Below are positions 17,203 to 26,659 of a stretch of 64,000 bases of DNA, in pieces. The DNA lies in contig JBBCIB010000001.1 of NCBI GenBank assembly GCA_037355265.1, positions 151,839-215,838 on the forward strand. Reading direction: 5' to 3'. The first letter of the stretch is position 1; every line of letters starts with the position of its first letter. This stretch comes from Rhizomicrobium sp. (GTDB lineage: Bacteria; Pseudomonadota; Alphaproteobacteria; Micropepsales; Micropepsaceae). The notes under the pieces are model-generated. The model did not search any database and was not told the origin of the DNA. It worked only from the letters and a program-made list of their open reading frames with translations. The translations under genes were made by a program, and so were the position numbers.

Positions 17203-19704
17203 ATGGCACACAACAACGGCATGGTTCCCCGCAAGGCTCGCGGGTCGCGCAGCACGCGCGGGGCGGGCATGAACGAGGCTGCGGCGAAGTTCCAGGCGGC
17301 GGTAGATGCGGTCCCGCTGGTACCGGTCGGCGACGCTTACGATCCGGCGCCGCCGCCTCCCGTCGGCGGAGCCGACAATCAAACAGAGATTGGAAACCTG
17401 CCGCTGCACGGCGCCAGCGGCGCGGACCTGGCCGGCTTCGTGCCGCACCGTCCGGCGCGGCCGGCGAAATCCGAGGGCGGCAAGAGGTTCAAGCTGGTCA
17501 GCGAATACCAGCCCGCGGGCGACCAGCCGACCGCGATCAAGGACCTGGTCGACGGCCTGACCGATCCCAGCATCGTCAACCATGGCGTGATCGGCGAGCG
17601 CGACCAGGTGCTGCTGGGCGTCACCGGCTCGGGCAAGACCTACACCATGGCGCAGGTGATCGAGCGCACCCAGCGCCCCGCCCTGATCCTGGCGCCCAAC
17701 AAGACGCTGGCGGCGCAGCTCTACAGCGAGTTCAAGCAGTTCTTCCCCGAGAACGCGGTGGAGTATTTCGTCTCCTATTACGACTACTACCAGCCGGAAG
17801 CCTATATCCCGCGCACCGACACCTATATCGAGAAGGACAGCTCGATCAACGAGGAGATCGACCGCATGCGCCATTCGGCGACGCGGGCGATCCTGGAGCG
17901 CGACGACGTCATCATCGTGGCGTCGGTGTCGTGCATCTACGGCATCGGCTCGGTCGAGACCTATTCGGGCACCGCGGTCACCATCGCCAAGGGCAGGAAG
18001 CTGGACCGGATGGAGATGCAGCAGCAGCTTTCCGCCCTGCAATACCGGCGCAACGACAACAATTTCGTGCGCGGCGCCTTCCGCGTGCGCGGCGACACGG
18101 TGGACGTCTTCCCGGCGCATTACGAAGACCGCGCCTGGCGCATCGCGCTGTTCGGCGACGAGGTCGACTCCATCACCGAGTTCGATCCGCTGACGGGAAA
18201 GCCGGCCGGCACGCTCGACCAGATCAAGATCTACGCCAATTCGCACTACGTCACGCCGCGTCCGACGCTGCAGCAGGCGATGAAGGGCATCAAGGCGGAG
18301 CTGGTCACGCGCCTCGCCGAATTCCGCGAGCAGGGCAAGCTCCTGGAGGCGCAGCGGCTGGAACAGCGCACCACCTTCGACCTCGAGATGATCGAGGCCA
18401 CCGGGTCCTGCGCCGGGATCGAGAACTATTCGCGCTGGCTGACCGGCCGCAAGCCGGGCGAGCCGCCGCCGACCCTGTTCGAATACCTGCCCGACGACAC
18501 GCTGGTGTTCGCCGACGAGAGCCATGTGACGGTGCCGCAGATCGGCGCGATGTACAAAGGCGACTACCGCCGCAAATACACGCTGGCCGAGTTCGGCTTC
18601 CGCCTGCCCTCCTGCATCGACAATAGGCCGCTGAAATTCGAGGAGTGGGACGCGATGCGCCCCGCCACCGTCTATGTCAGCGCCACGCCGGGGCCGTGGG
18701 AGCTGGAGCGCACCGGCGGCGTCTTCACCGAGCAGGTGATCCGCCCCACCGGGCTGATCGATCCGCCGGTCGAGATCCGTCCGATCGAGACCCAGGTCGA
18801 CGACCTGATCGCCGAATGTCGCGACGTCGCCAAGAAGGGCTACCGCGCCCTGGTCACCACCCTGACCAAGAAGATGGCGGAGGACCTCACCGAATACATG
18901 CACGAGCAGGGCATCCGCGTGCGCTACATGCATTCGGACGTCGAGACGCTGGAGCGGATCGAGATCATCCGCGATCTGCGGCTGGGCGCGTTCGACGTGC
19001 TGATCGGCATCAACCTGCTGCGCGAGGGGCTCGACATCCCGGAATGCGCGCTGGTCGCGATCCTCGACGCCGACAAGGAGGGCTTCCTGCGCAGCGAGAC
19101 CTCGCTGATCCAGACCATCGGCCGCGCCGCGCGCAATGTCGACGGCAAGGTCATCCTGTACGCCGACCACGTCACCGGCTCGATGGAGCGCGCCATGGCC
19201 GAGACCGGCCGGCGCCGCGAGAAGCAGCGCGCCTACAACACCGCGCACGGCATCACGCCGCTCAGCATCAAGAAGAACATCGCCGACATCATGGGCTCGA
19301 TGTACGAGCGCGACCACGTCGTGGTCGACACCGGCATGAGCGAGGACGGCCAGACCTTCGTCGGCCACAACATCCGCGCCACCATCGCCGACATCGAAAA
19401 GCGCATGAAGGAAGCCGCCGCCGATTTGGAGTTCGAGGAAGCCGCCCGCCTGCGCGACGAACTCAAACGCCTGACCGCGGTCGAACTGGCCGTCGGCGAC
19501 GACCCGTTCGCCCGGCAGAGCGAAGTCGAACGCGCGGTGGACGACGCATTCCTGAAGGCGGTGCGGGACGGCGCTGGGGACGAGGGCGGCGACGGCGGAG
19601 CAAGCCGCGCCGGGCCCAAGCACCAGAAGACGAGCCGAGGCCCGCGGATGAAGCGAGCCACGAGGCCGGGGATGCCGAAGACGTTCGGGAGCAGGAGTCG
19701 GTAG
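17203..19704 (+). CDS. uvrB: Excinuclease ABC subunit B
   Basis: [38 protein letters not shown] and C-terminal UVR domain. Confidence 0.97.
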   Translation: MAHNNGMVPRKARGSRSTRGAGMNEAAAKFQAAVDAVPLVPVGDAYDPAPPPPVGGADNQTEIGNLPLHGASGADLAGFVPHRPARPAKSEGGKRFKLVSEYQPAGDQPTAIKDLVDGLTDPSIVNHGVIGERDQVLLGVTGSGKTYTMAQVIERTQRPALILAPNKTLAAQLYSEFKQFFPENAVEYFVSYYDYYQPEAYIPRTDTYIEKDSSINEEIDRMRHSATRAILERDDVIIVASVSCIYGIGSVETYSGTAVTIAKGRKLDRMEMQQQLSALQYRRNDNNFVRGAFRVRGDTVDVFPAHYEDRAWRIALFGDEVDSITEFDPLTGKPAGTLDQIKIYANSHYVTPRPTLQQAMKGIKAELVTRLAEFREQGKLLEAQRLEQRTTFDLEMIEATGSCAGIENYSRWLTGRKPGEPPPTLFEYLPDDTLVFADESHVTVPQIGAMYKGDYRRKYTLAEFGFRLPSCIDNRPLKFEEWDAMRPATVYVSATPGPWELERTGGVFTEQVIRPTGLIDPPVEIRPIETQVDDLIAECRDVAKKGYRALVTTLTKKMAEDLTEYMHEQGIRVRYMHSDVETLERIEIIRDLRLGAFDVLIGINLLREGLDIPECALVAILDADKEGFLRSETSLIQTIGRAARNVDGKVILYADHVTGSMERAMAETGRRREKQRAYNTAHGITPLSIKKNIADIMGSMYERDHVVVDTGMSEDGQTFVGHNIRATIADIEKRMKEAAADLEFEEAARLRDELKRLTAVELAVGDDPFARQSEVERAVDDAFLKAVRDGAGDEGGDGGASRAGPKHQKTSRGPRMKRATRPGMPKTFGSRSR

Positions 19705-19712
19705 GGGCTATT

Positions 19713-21950
19713 TCACCACTTCGTCTCGTACACCTTGATGCTGTCACCCTTCAGTGAGTTGACGCAGTCGGTGATCATCGATGCCGCGCGGGCATCGTCC
19801 ACACCGGCAACCGCGTTTGCTTTTTCCATTACGTTCTTAAAGCTCTCTGAGTGAAGGCGATTTGAAAGCCTGATGCCGAGCACGGACGGAAAGATCGTCC
19901 GATAGCTTTTCAGAACTTCTGTTGCAGAAGGAGCAAACGATATAAAATTCAGAAGGAATTCCGGCCTCATCATGAATCTCTGGCCCTTGTGACTGGCGAC
20001 CAGTTTTCCGGCGGCTCGGCGCACGGTAGCGTCTTGAGTAAGCCACCACGTTCTGAAACCAAATGGGTTTGCTGGGCTTCCTTCGCGTTCGATTTTGCGA
20101 CGCTGGTAGACCCGGTGCACCTGAAGTGCATCATTTTTGGCGAGAATCTCGACCTTGTCTTTGACGGTGCGCTGGGTTTCGGTTTTCAGTCTGACAATTT
20201 CGGCACTCAGCGCTTCAACGTCATCCAAGTCCAAACCATCGCGCATTTCTTCAACAGTCTCGTACTCCATTTTGAATTTGTTGATTAGATATCTCGCCAG
20301 TTCCTGGTCGCCTGTCCCATTGCGAATTGCAGTGTAGGACGCAAATTGATCGACATAAGAGCGCCATCCAACCGGAGGCTTGACGGACACAGATAACGGA
20401 GCGAGCCGTGAATAAAAATACGAGCGAATGAGAATCCGATCGATGTATTCGACTGCATCCAGCGTGACATGCCTCTCCACATGCTCGTAGTAATTTTGGA
20501 ACTCGAAAATTTGGCTTCGGATGTGAGTGGCGAACTCTTCGACCGCCTTTTCGGTCAAAATTAATTTGGCGCCTGCGGCGTGAAGAATCTTGAACAGGTT
20601 ATGGGTTGTTTGGTTTTGAGGCTCAAGATAATGCTCGGAGAGTGCTCGAACCAGAAAGTCGGTACCGATATAGAGGATGAATTTTGAGGAGATTGACTTG
20701 AAGTACTCGACTATCTTGGGCTCGTTCTTGAGTAGCAGAAGCAAGACGTATGTCCTGCCCAGTTTCTGCAAATACGCTCTTTCATCGTCACTGGGGTCGT
20801 AAAAGGTGCCTCGGAGAACGGCCAGCACGATCCGCCTTACGGTTGTCCGGTCGTCCAGTGCGTGGTTCTCATCAATGAGCTTCGCGACAAGATCGGCTAC
20901 ATTGGCGTATAGTTCATCGTCTTCTTCGCCGTTGTGCGCAAACTGCGCAACTTGAAGACCCTGCCGCTCGAATACACGCTCAAGTGCTGTGTGGCAGATC
21001 GTGACCACATCAGGGATGAGCGAGCGTTCGTTGTCGGATGTGAGCCCTTGGCAGCGCCGTTCAAAAGCGGCCGTCACGGCAGATTTCAGCGCTGTATCAT
21101 CGACATTTTCTTCTTTGATCAGCTCTCTAGTTTCAAAAGGGAGGCAATATTTCTGCTCAGTGCTATAATAGCGAACAGCACGATCCTCGCTGTTGTGCCT
21201 CGTTCTTAAATTGAGCAGTCGCGTGTCGATCACACCACGAATGAATTGCTTGGCAGAGGGAAGCGTTTCCTCAATTCTGTTTAAGATCGCGTCGCGATCC
21301 ATAAAAACTCTTTTGTCAGGATCGGTATCGGAAAGCGCCCAAATAATGAGGCTGTCGGCCACCGATTCAAGCAGCTCAGTCTTTCCTTGCCGATGGTCGA
21401 CCTCCTGACGAAGAAATACTGCAAGTGTTTTGTCGGAGTGGATCGCAGTGCCTTCGGCTATCGGCGCCGCGCCGGGGTTCACGAAGTGTGCAATTGCCGG
21501 TTCGAGGAAAGAAAGAAACGCAGCGATAGTTCCATCAGAATCGTTGACGTGCATTTGGATGTACTTGGCATCCAAAATGCGAATGCGACACGTGAGTTCG
21601 TCACTTAATGTTTCTTCGTACTGATCAATCGCTGGAACAGTTTCGCTGGAGATATAGGTCAGCGATTTGGGTTTTCTTCCGAACTCGTGAAGGCGTTTTA
21701 CAGTGCCTCTTATTTTCGTACCGAAAGTCTTCTGCTTTGAAACCTGAATGAAATGCTCCGCCGCGGCATCTTCAAAAATCTCAGGCTCTAAGAAGCCTTC
21801 TGCACCACCGTCGTGCATTCCCCCGAGAGGTACAAAGCCTCGACCGATCAGAGCTGTGTAAAAAGCTTGCCCAAAATATTCGAAGTCTGCCGTGCCGACC
21901 TCATTGAGGGCAGCCGCAACCAAACGAAGGTTTGCTGGAGGAAGTGCCAT
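19713..21950 (-). CDS. Low-GC hypothetical protein: N-terminal restriction-endonuclease-like domain plus C-terminal PIN-like domain
   Basis: FE..., GGMHDGGAEG, FIQVSKQK; later LYIGTDFLV, EEFATHI, NDAL, WWLTQD; AT-richer than flanks. Confidence 0.7.
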   Translation of the reverse strand: MALPPANLRLVAAALNEVGTADFEYFGQAFYTALIGRGFVPLGGMHDGGAEGFLEPEIFEDAAAEHFIQVSKQKTFGTKIRGTVKRLHEFGRKPKSLTYISSETVPAIDQYEETLSDELTCRIRILDAKYIQMHVNDSDGTIAAFLSFLEPAIAHFVNPGAAPIAEGTAIHSDKTLAVFLRQEVDHRQGKTELLESVADSLIIWALSDTDPDKRVFMDRDAILNRIEETLPSAKQFIRGVIDTRLLNLRTRHNSEDRAVRYYSTEQKYCLPFETRELIKEENVDDTALKSAVTAAFERRCQGLTSDNERSLIPDVVTICHTALERVFERQGLQVAQFAHNGEEDDELYANVADLVAKLIDENHALDDRTTVRRIVLAVLRGTFYDPSDDERAYLQKLGRTYVLLLLLKNEPKIVEYFKSISSKFILYIGTDFLVRALSEHYLEPQNQTTHNLFKILHAAGAKLILTEKAVEEFATHIRSQIFEFQNYYEHVERHVTLDAVEYIDRILIRSYFYSRLAPLSVSVKPPVGWRSYVDQFASYTAIRNGTGDQELARYLINKFKMEYETVEEMRDGLDLDDVEALSAEIVRLKTETQRTVKDKVEILAKNDALQVHRVYQRRKIEREGSPANPFGFRTWWLTQDATVRRAAGKLVASHKGQRFMMRPEFLLNFISFAPSATEVLKSYRTIFPSVLGIRLSNRLHSESFKNVMEKANAVAGVDDARAASMITDCVNSLKGDSIKVYETKW

Positions 21951-22025
21951 CGTGCCGTATCCCTGTTGGGATTATGGACCGATTCTGAGAAAATTGAAGT
22001 CAGAGCGGAACCCAGGCAATTATCC

Positions 22026-22418
22026 TCACCCCACCTTCTGCCGCAGTAACGCCTCCGCCGGGATGTGCCACTCCCGGTGCAGCTTCCACGCCTGCTCCAG
22101 GGTCAGCGGGCGCTTGCGGCGCATGATCTCCGAGGCGCGCGAGCGCGAGCCGAGAAGCCGGGCCAGGTCGGCCTGCCCCAGGCCAGACTGCTCCATGCGG
22201 AAGCGGATGGCTTCGACCGCATCCGGCGGGTCGATCGGCCACCGCTTCGCCTCGTAGGATTCGATCAGCGCCGCCAGCACATCGAAGCGGTCGGCTTCCG
22301 CGGAGCCGCGCCGCGGCTCGTGCTCGAAATAGACCGTGATGTCCTTCAGCGCCCGGCTGTAATCGCGCTCGTTGCGGATCGGCGTGATCGGCGCCACGGC
22401 CTTTGTCTTCCTTGTCAT
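22026..22418 (-). CDS. higA: HigA-like antitoxin (HTH-XRE)
   Basis: PIRNERDY..AL, DVLAALIESYE, AIRFRMEQ.GL.QADL, SRASEIM..KRPLT. Confidence 0.9.
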   Translation of the reverse strand: MTRKTKAVAPITPIRNERDYSRALKDITVYFEHEPRRGSAEADRFDVLAALIESYEAKRWPIDPPDAVEAIRFRMEQSGLGQADLARLLGSRSRASEIMRRKRPLTLEQAWKLHREWHIPAEALLRQKVG

Positions 22419-22714
22419 CACACCGTCCCTGCATCGATCCTGTCGTATTGCGCGTGCGTGCCGACGAACTTCACCAGCACGCGCTTGAACCGATAAGCCG
22501 CGTGGACCACCACGCGATATTTGTTGCCGCCGATGTCGAAGACGATCCGGTTGTCGCGGACGAAATCGGCATTGGCACAGAAGGCGCGCTTCACGTCCGC
22601 GGGACCGTTCCAGACGGCCTTGCCGACCGCAGCGTGCCAGCTGCGCAGCGGCCCTTCGGCCTGCGGATGCCACTCCCAGAACAGGCGCAGTGCCCGCTTG
22701 GCGATCACCTGCAT
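22418..22714 (-). CDS. higB: HigB-family toxin
   Basis: VIAKRALR.FW, VFDIGGNKYR, FVGTHAQYDRI. Confidence 0.92.
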   Translation of the reverse strand: MQVIAKRALRLFWEWHPQAEGPLRSWHAAVGKAVWNGPADVKRAFCANADFVRDNRIVFDIGGNKYRVVVHAAYRFKRVLVKFVGTHAQYDRIDAGTV

Positions 22715-22720
22715 GGCGGC

Positions 22721-22749
22721 AATGTTCCATATTTGGGAACAACAGTCAA
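22721..22749 (-). promoter_or_regulatory. higBA promoter and operator
   Basis: TGTTCC-N7-GGAACA at 22723-22741; minus-strand TTGACT-N17-AACATT-N6-ATG. Confidence 0.6.
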
Positions 22750-22774
22750 GGTGCGGTCGATGGCGGGGATGGGC

Positions 22775-23056
22775 CTAGCGCGCTGCTGCCGGCGCAAACC
22801 TCCTCGCGCTTCGCGCCTTCGCCTTGGCGGCCTCGACCGCGCGGTCGCGGGGTGGGGTGGCGCTGATGAGGGCTTCCAGCAGGTGGTGGGCGGCGTGGGT
22901 CACGTCGTCGACGGCGCGGTTGAACGCCGCTTCATTGGCCTTGCTGGGGCGTGTCGTGCCGCTCAGCTTGCGGACGAATTGCAGGGCGCTCGCCCTCACC
23001 TCTTCGTCCGTCGCGGGCGGCTTGAAGTTGTGCAAGGTGCGGATGTTGCGGCACAT
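22775..23056 (-). CDS. DUF2277-family protein
   Basis: MCRNIRTLHNFKPPATDEEVRASALQFVRKLSG. Confidence 0.9.
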   Translation of the reverse strand: MCRNIRTLHNFKPPATDEEVRASALQFVRKLSGTTRPSKANEAAFNRAVDDVTHAAHHLLEALISATPPRDRAVEAAKAKARSARRFAPAAAR

Positions 23057-23177
23057 GCGCTCGGCTCCGGGGGCATTCGCGGCGGATTCTACCGGAAAGT
23101 TGGCGGGAGAGGTTAAAGGTGAACCGCCGCAAATTCCGGCCCGCAATCTCCGCCTCTGCCGCCGGGCGCCTGCCGGA

Positions 23178-23206
23178 TTGATATTTGGGCCCGTTTGGCC
23201 TATATT
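23178..23206 (+). promoter_or_regulatory. Sigma70 promoter of the cold-shock gene
   Basis: TTGATA-N17-TATATT, implying a 5'UTR of about 165 nt. Confidence 0.7.
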
Positions 23207-23377
23207 GACCGCACGTGGTTCTTACGTCTTCGTCAGACGAAGCGCTCCCGTCGAGACGACCCGCCTACAAAGCGCGCCGAACCAACCGGAAGTCTTCTTC
23301 AAGCCTGATGCTCTCGTTCCGTCCCGCGTCCGCCCGCGCATGTCGCGCGTGTGGAACCCGATGTTTTAGGAAATGAA

Positions 23378-23581
23378 ATGACCATCGGCACTGTGAAGTT
23401 CTTCAACACATCAAAAGGCTTCGGCTTCATCGCTCCGGAAGGCGGCGGCAAGGACGTGTTCGTCCATGCCACGGCCGTCGAAGCGGCCGGCCTGCGCTCG
23501 CTGAGCGAAGGCCAGAAGGTCTCGTTCGACATCCAGCCGGATGCGCGCGGCTCCAAGGCAGCCAATCTCAAGGCCGTCTGA
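23378..23581 (+). CDS. Cold-shock protein (CspA family)
   Basis: GTVKFFN..KGFGFI, DVFVH. Confidence 0.96.
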   Translation: MTIGTVKFFNTSKGFGFIAPEGGGKDVFVHATAVEAAGLRSLSEGQKVSFDIQPDARGSKAANLKAV

Positions 23582-23601
23582 TGCGTCGCTGACGCTTTGA
23601 C

Positions 23602-23644
23602 GAGGGCCGGTGGCGGGCGATCCGCTGCCGGCCTTCCGTTTTTT
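23602..23644 (+). terminator. Intrinsic terminator-like hairpin after csp
   Basis: GGCCGGTGGCGG/CCGCTGCCGGCC stem followed by a T run. Confidence 0.65.
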
Positions 23645-23666
23645 CACCGATCGCAACGGAACCGCC

Positions 23667-23921
23667 ATGGACAAGCCCATCAGCCCGCCCTACCGCGACC
23701 GCGACGGCGCCCGCCGCAAGGCGCAGAACCATTTCGAACTCGCCGAGGCGCGCACCACGCTGGTCAAGCAGATGGTCGACAGCGAGCGCGCCGCGCTCGA
23801 CGCCCGCACGCTCAAGCTGCGTGCCCTGCGCCTGGCCAAGGAAGAGGCCGACCGCGCCGAAGCCGCCGCCAATCCGCTGCCCAAGCCCAAGAAGCCGCGC
23901 GCCAAGACCGCCGCGGACTGA
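23667..23921 (+). CDS. Small basic coiled-coil protein
   Basis: RTLKLRALRLAKE motif shared with 50530..50778; Lys/Pro-rich tail. Confidence 0.75.
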   Translation: MDKPISPPYRDRDGARRKAQNHFELAEARTTLVKQMVDSERAALDARTLKLRALRLAKEEADRAEAAANPLPKPKKPRAKTAAD

Positions 23922-23946
23922 TCCGTTCGACGCGCCGCGCCGGGAA

Positions 23947-24594
23947 TCAGGCGCGACGGTGCTTCAAGGGCATGGCGTCCCTTATGCCGGGCGGCGCGTA
24001 GCAACCGCGGCAGCGCACCTGGTATTCGCCGGCATCGCCGACCACGAGCTGCGCCTCGTCCGGCACGATGCGGTGGGAGATGTAGCCGGCGTCGCTGCCG
24101 CACACCATGCAGACGCCGCTCAGCTTGTCGACCTGGTCGGCCAGCGCCATCAGGCCGGGAATAGGCCCGAACGGATTCTCCTGGAAATCCATGTCCAGCC
24201 CCGCGACGACGATGCGCAGATTGCTCTGCCGCCGCGCGCGCAGCAGGTCGCGGATGGCACGGCCGAACCAGCCGAGACTGTCGCGCAGCGGCTCGTCCAG
24301 CGGGAAGAACTGCGCCTCGTCCACCGCCAGCACGTCGTAATCGTCGCCGCCGGCGGCGCGGCGGAAATCCGCCTCGTCGCGCACCATCTGGGCGGAGAGC
24401 TTGTCGGTCACCTCGGTCGTGCCGTCCGGGTTCACGGCACGCGCCGCGATGAAGCCCTGGGTGCGGGTGTCGCGCGCGGGCTTGAGGATGCGCAGCCGCT
24501 TGCGGGCATAGAGCGCGCGGTGCAGGCGCGAGATCAGAAGCTCGGTCTTGCCGGAGAACATCGGCCCGACGATGACTTCCAGACGCGCCGTCAT
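23947..24594 (-). CDS. tdk: Thymidine kinase
   Basis: GPMFSGKT, VDEAQFF, AGLDMDF..PFG, CxxC...CxxC zinc ligands. Confidence 0.92.
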   Translation of the reverse strand: MTARLEVIVGPMFSGKTELLISRLHRALYARKRLRILKPARDTRTQGFIAARAVNPDGTTEVTDKLSAQMVRDEADFRRAAGGDDYDVLAVDEAQFFPLDEPLRDSLGWFGRAIRDLLRARRQSNLRIVVAGLDMDFQENPFGPIPGLMALADQVDKLSGVCMVCGSDAGYISHRIVPDEAQLVVGDAGEYQVRCRGCYAPPGIRDAMPLKHRRA

Positions 24595-24674
24595 GCCGAA
24601 ACTGCCTGCTGGTGGATGTGACAGCCGTGAGTGGCACGAATCGCCGCGCCGGCAAAGCGCGGCCGGCGATTTGC

Positions 24675-25040
24675 TCAGAGGATTTCCGTCACCCGCTCCG
24701 GCGGCCGACACAGCCTGGCGCCCTTCGCCGTCACCACGATCGGCCGGTTGAGCAGGATCGGATGCGCCGCCACCGCGGCCAGCAAGACCGCGTCGCTCGC
24801 GCCGTCCAGGCCGAGCGCGGCATAGACCGGTTCCTTGGTCCGCACCATCCCGTCGCGCAGGCCGGGCCAGGCCGCGCCAGCGGCGTCCCGCAACTGCGCC
24901 GCCACCGCAGCGAGTTCGGCTTCGCCGAGCGGCACCTTCAGATATTCGACGATCGCCGGCGCGATGCCGCGGTCCCGCAGCAGCGCCAGGCAAGCGCGCG
25001 AATTGGAGCAGGACGGGTTGTGATAGAGCGTGACGGTCAT
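24675..25040 (-). CDS. ArsC/Spx-family reductase
   Basis: YHNPSCSNSR, HPILLNRPIV, CRPPE. Confidence 0.9.
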   Translation of the reverse strand: MTVTLYHNPSCSNSRACLALLRDRGIAPAIVEYLKVPLGEAELAAVAAQLRDAAGAAWPGLRDGMVRTKEPVYAALGLDGASDAVLLAAVAAHPILLNRPIVVTAKGARLCRPPERVTEIL

Positions 25041-25219
25041 CGGCGCGGATGGATGAAGGCGGGCGCCGGTCCGCGATTCGGATTCGTGCCGGCCATGATC
25101 GCGCCCTTCGCAGTGGCGCGACGCTAAACTGCTTCGCGCCCGATTCAAAACGCCGCATGCCCAAGCCTGTGGATGCCGCAACCTGTCCAGAGTCTGTTCG
25201 CACCGGACTCTTGTGCCGC

Positions 25220-25233
25220 CACAAAATCTTGTG
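25220..25233. promoter_or_regulatory. NrdR-box-like palindrome
   Basis: CACAAAATCTTGTG fits CACwAnATnTwGTG; only one full copy seen. Confidence 0.4.
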
Positions 25234-25288
25234 CCAGTTTGATTCACGACTGCTTCGCGTTGCGTCGCAGCCGAATCCGGAGCATGCG

Positions 25289-25792
25289 ATGACCGTCATC
25301 CACCAGGACGTATCGGCCCCCGCCGCCCACCCGATCGACATGCTCGAGCGGGCGGTGGAGGAGAACGGCTGGGCGTTCGAGCGCGCCGGGCGCGACGAGC
25401 TGAACCTGTCGGTCGCCGGGCGCTGGAGCGACCACCACTTCTCGTTCTCCTGGCGCGACGAGCTGCAGTCGCTGCACCTGACCAGCGCCTTCGACATGCG
25501 GATCGGCGAAGGCGTGCGCCGCGCCCATGTCGCCGACCTCCTGATGTATGTGAATGCGCGGCTGTGGATCGGCCATTTCGACCTCTGGCCGGAGGACGGC
25601 ACTATCGTGTTCCGCCATGCGATGATCTTTCCCGATGCGGCCGCGTCGGCGTCGCAATGCGAAGCGCTGCTCAACCTGGCGCTGGAAGCGTGCGAGCACT
25701 ACTACCCGGCGTTCCAGTTCGTGCTGTGGGGCGGCAAGACCGCCGAGGAGGCCGTCGCCGCCGCCGTCCTGGAGTGCGTGGGACAGGCGTGA
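25289..25792 (+). CDS. YbjN-domain protein
   Basis: HPIDMLE, W.FER, LWIGHFDLW, CEHYYPAFQFV.W; typical position before proC. Confidence 0.88.
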   Translation: MTVIHQDVSAPAAHPIDMLERAVEENGWAFERAGRDELNLSVAGRWSDHHFSFSWRDELQSLHLTSAFDMRIGEGVRRAHVADLLMYVNARLWIGHFDLWPEDGTIVFRHAMIFPDAAASASQCEALLNLALEACEHYYPAFQFVLWGGKTAEEAVAAAVLECVGQA

Positions 25793-26595
25793 TGGCGCCG
25801 CCCATCCTCCTGATCGGCGCGGGGCGCATGGGCGGGGCGCTGCTCAAGGGCTGGATCGCGCGCGGCATCGGACCGGTGGTCGCGGTCGAACCTGCGCCGT
25901 CCGCCGCGCTGAAGACCCTCGCGAAGAAACATGGCGTCACGGTGCGCGCCAGCGCCGACGGCATCGACACGGCGCGTGCCTGCATCGTCGCGCTGAAGCC
26001 GCAGGTCCTGAAGGGCCAAGCCGCCGCGCTCAAACCCGTCGCGCAGTCCGGCGCGCTGATGCTCTCCATCGCGGCGGGCACGAGCATCCGGGCGATGCGC
26101 GCGGCGTGGGGACGCGACGCGCGCGTGGTCCGTGCCATGCCCAACACGCCGGGCAGCATCGGCCGCGGCATCACCGCGCTCTTCGCCGGCGCCGGCACGT
26201 TGCCGAAGGACAAGACGCTGGCGGAGCAGCTGCTCGCCGCGCTGGGCGAGACGGTGTGGGTGCGGCGCGAGGCCGATATCGATGCCGTCACCGCGGTGTC
26301 GGGTTCCGGCCCCGCCTATGTCTTCCTGCTGGTCGAGGCGCTGGCCGACGCGGCCGTGGCCGAGGGCCTGGCGCGGCCGCTGGCCGACAGGCTCGCGCGC
26401 GCCACCATCACCGGCGCCGGCGCGCTGCTGGACGCCGGTCCGGCAGCGCCGGCGGAATTGCGCCGCGCCGTCACCAGCCCGCACGGCACCACCGAGGCGG
26501 CGCTGAAAGTGCTGATGGGCCGGAGCGGCCTGACGCCGCTGCTGCGCCGCGCCGTCGCCGCCGCCCGCAAACGGGCGCGGGAATTGGGCGGGTGA
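25792..26595 (+). CDS. proC: Pyrroline-5-carboxylate reductase
   Basis: GAGRMG, RAMPNTP, TAVSGSGPAY, VTSPHGTT. Confidence 0.95.
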   Translation: MAPPILLIGAGRMGGALLKGWIARGIGPVVAVEPAPSAALKTLAKKHGVTVRASADGIDTARACIVALKPQVLKGQAAALKPVAQSGALMLSIAAGTSIRAMRAAWGRDARVVRAMPNTPGSIGRGITALFAGAGTLPKDKTLAEQLLAALGETVWVRREADIDAVTAVSGSGPAYVFLLVEALADAAVAEGLARPLADRLARATITGAGALLDAGPAAPAELRRAVTSPHGTTEAALKVLMGRSGLTPLLRRAVAAARKRARELGG

Positions 26596-26659
26596 GTTAA
26601 GTCGTTCCTGTCGTCTTGAATCAGACGAAGTCACGAACCCGGTGTCATGGCCCGCGACT

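Noticed and set aside
17146-17203. LexA box upstream of uvrB
   Set aside because: No GTTC-N7-GTTC or GAAC-N7-GAAC alphaproteobacterial SOS box seen.
16510-19623. Very long antisense ORF opposite uvrB (similar ones lie opposite uvrC, glnD, the kinase and MATE)
   Set aside because: Shadow ORFs expected from high-GC codon bias; no motifs.
16585-19704. 1039-aa TetR-UvrB fusion in the ORF track
   Set aside because: Caused by a one-base frameshift in tetR; the proper TetR C-terminus and stop (17146) exist in another frame, and uvrB has its own start and promoter-like sequence.
23947-25674. 575-aa ORF ending in thymidine kinase
   Set aside because: The upstream part overlaps arsC and antisense ybjN; tdk begins at 24594.
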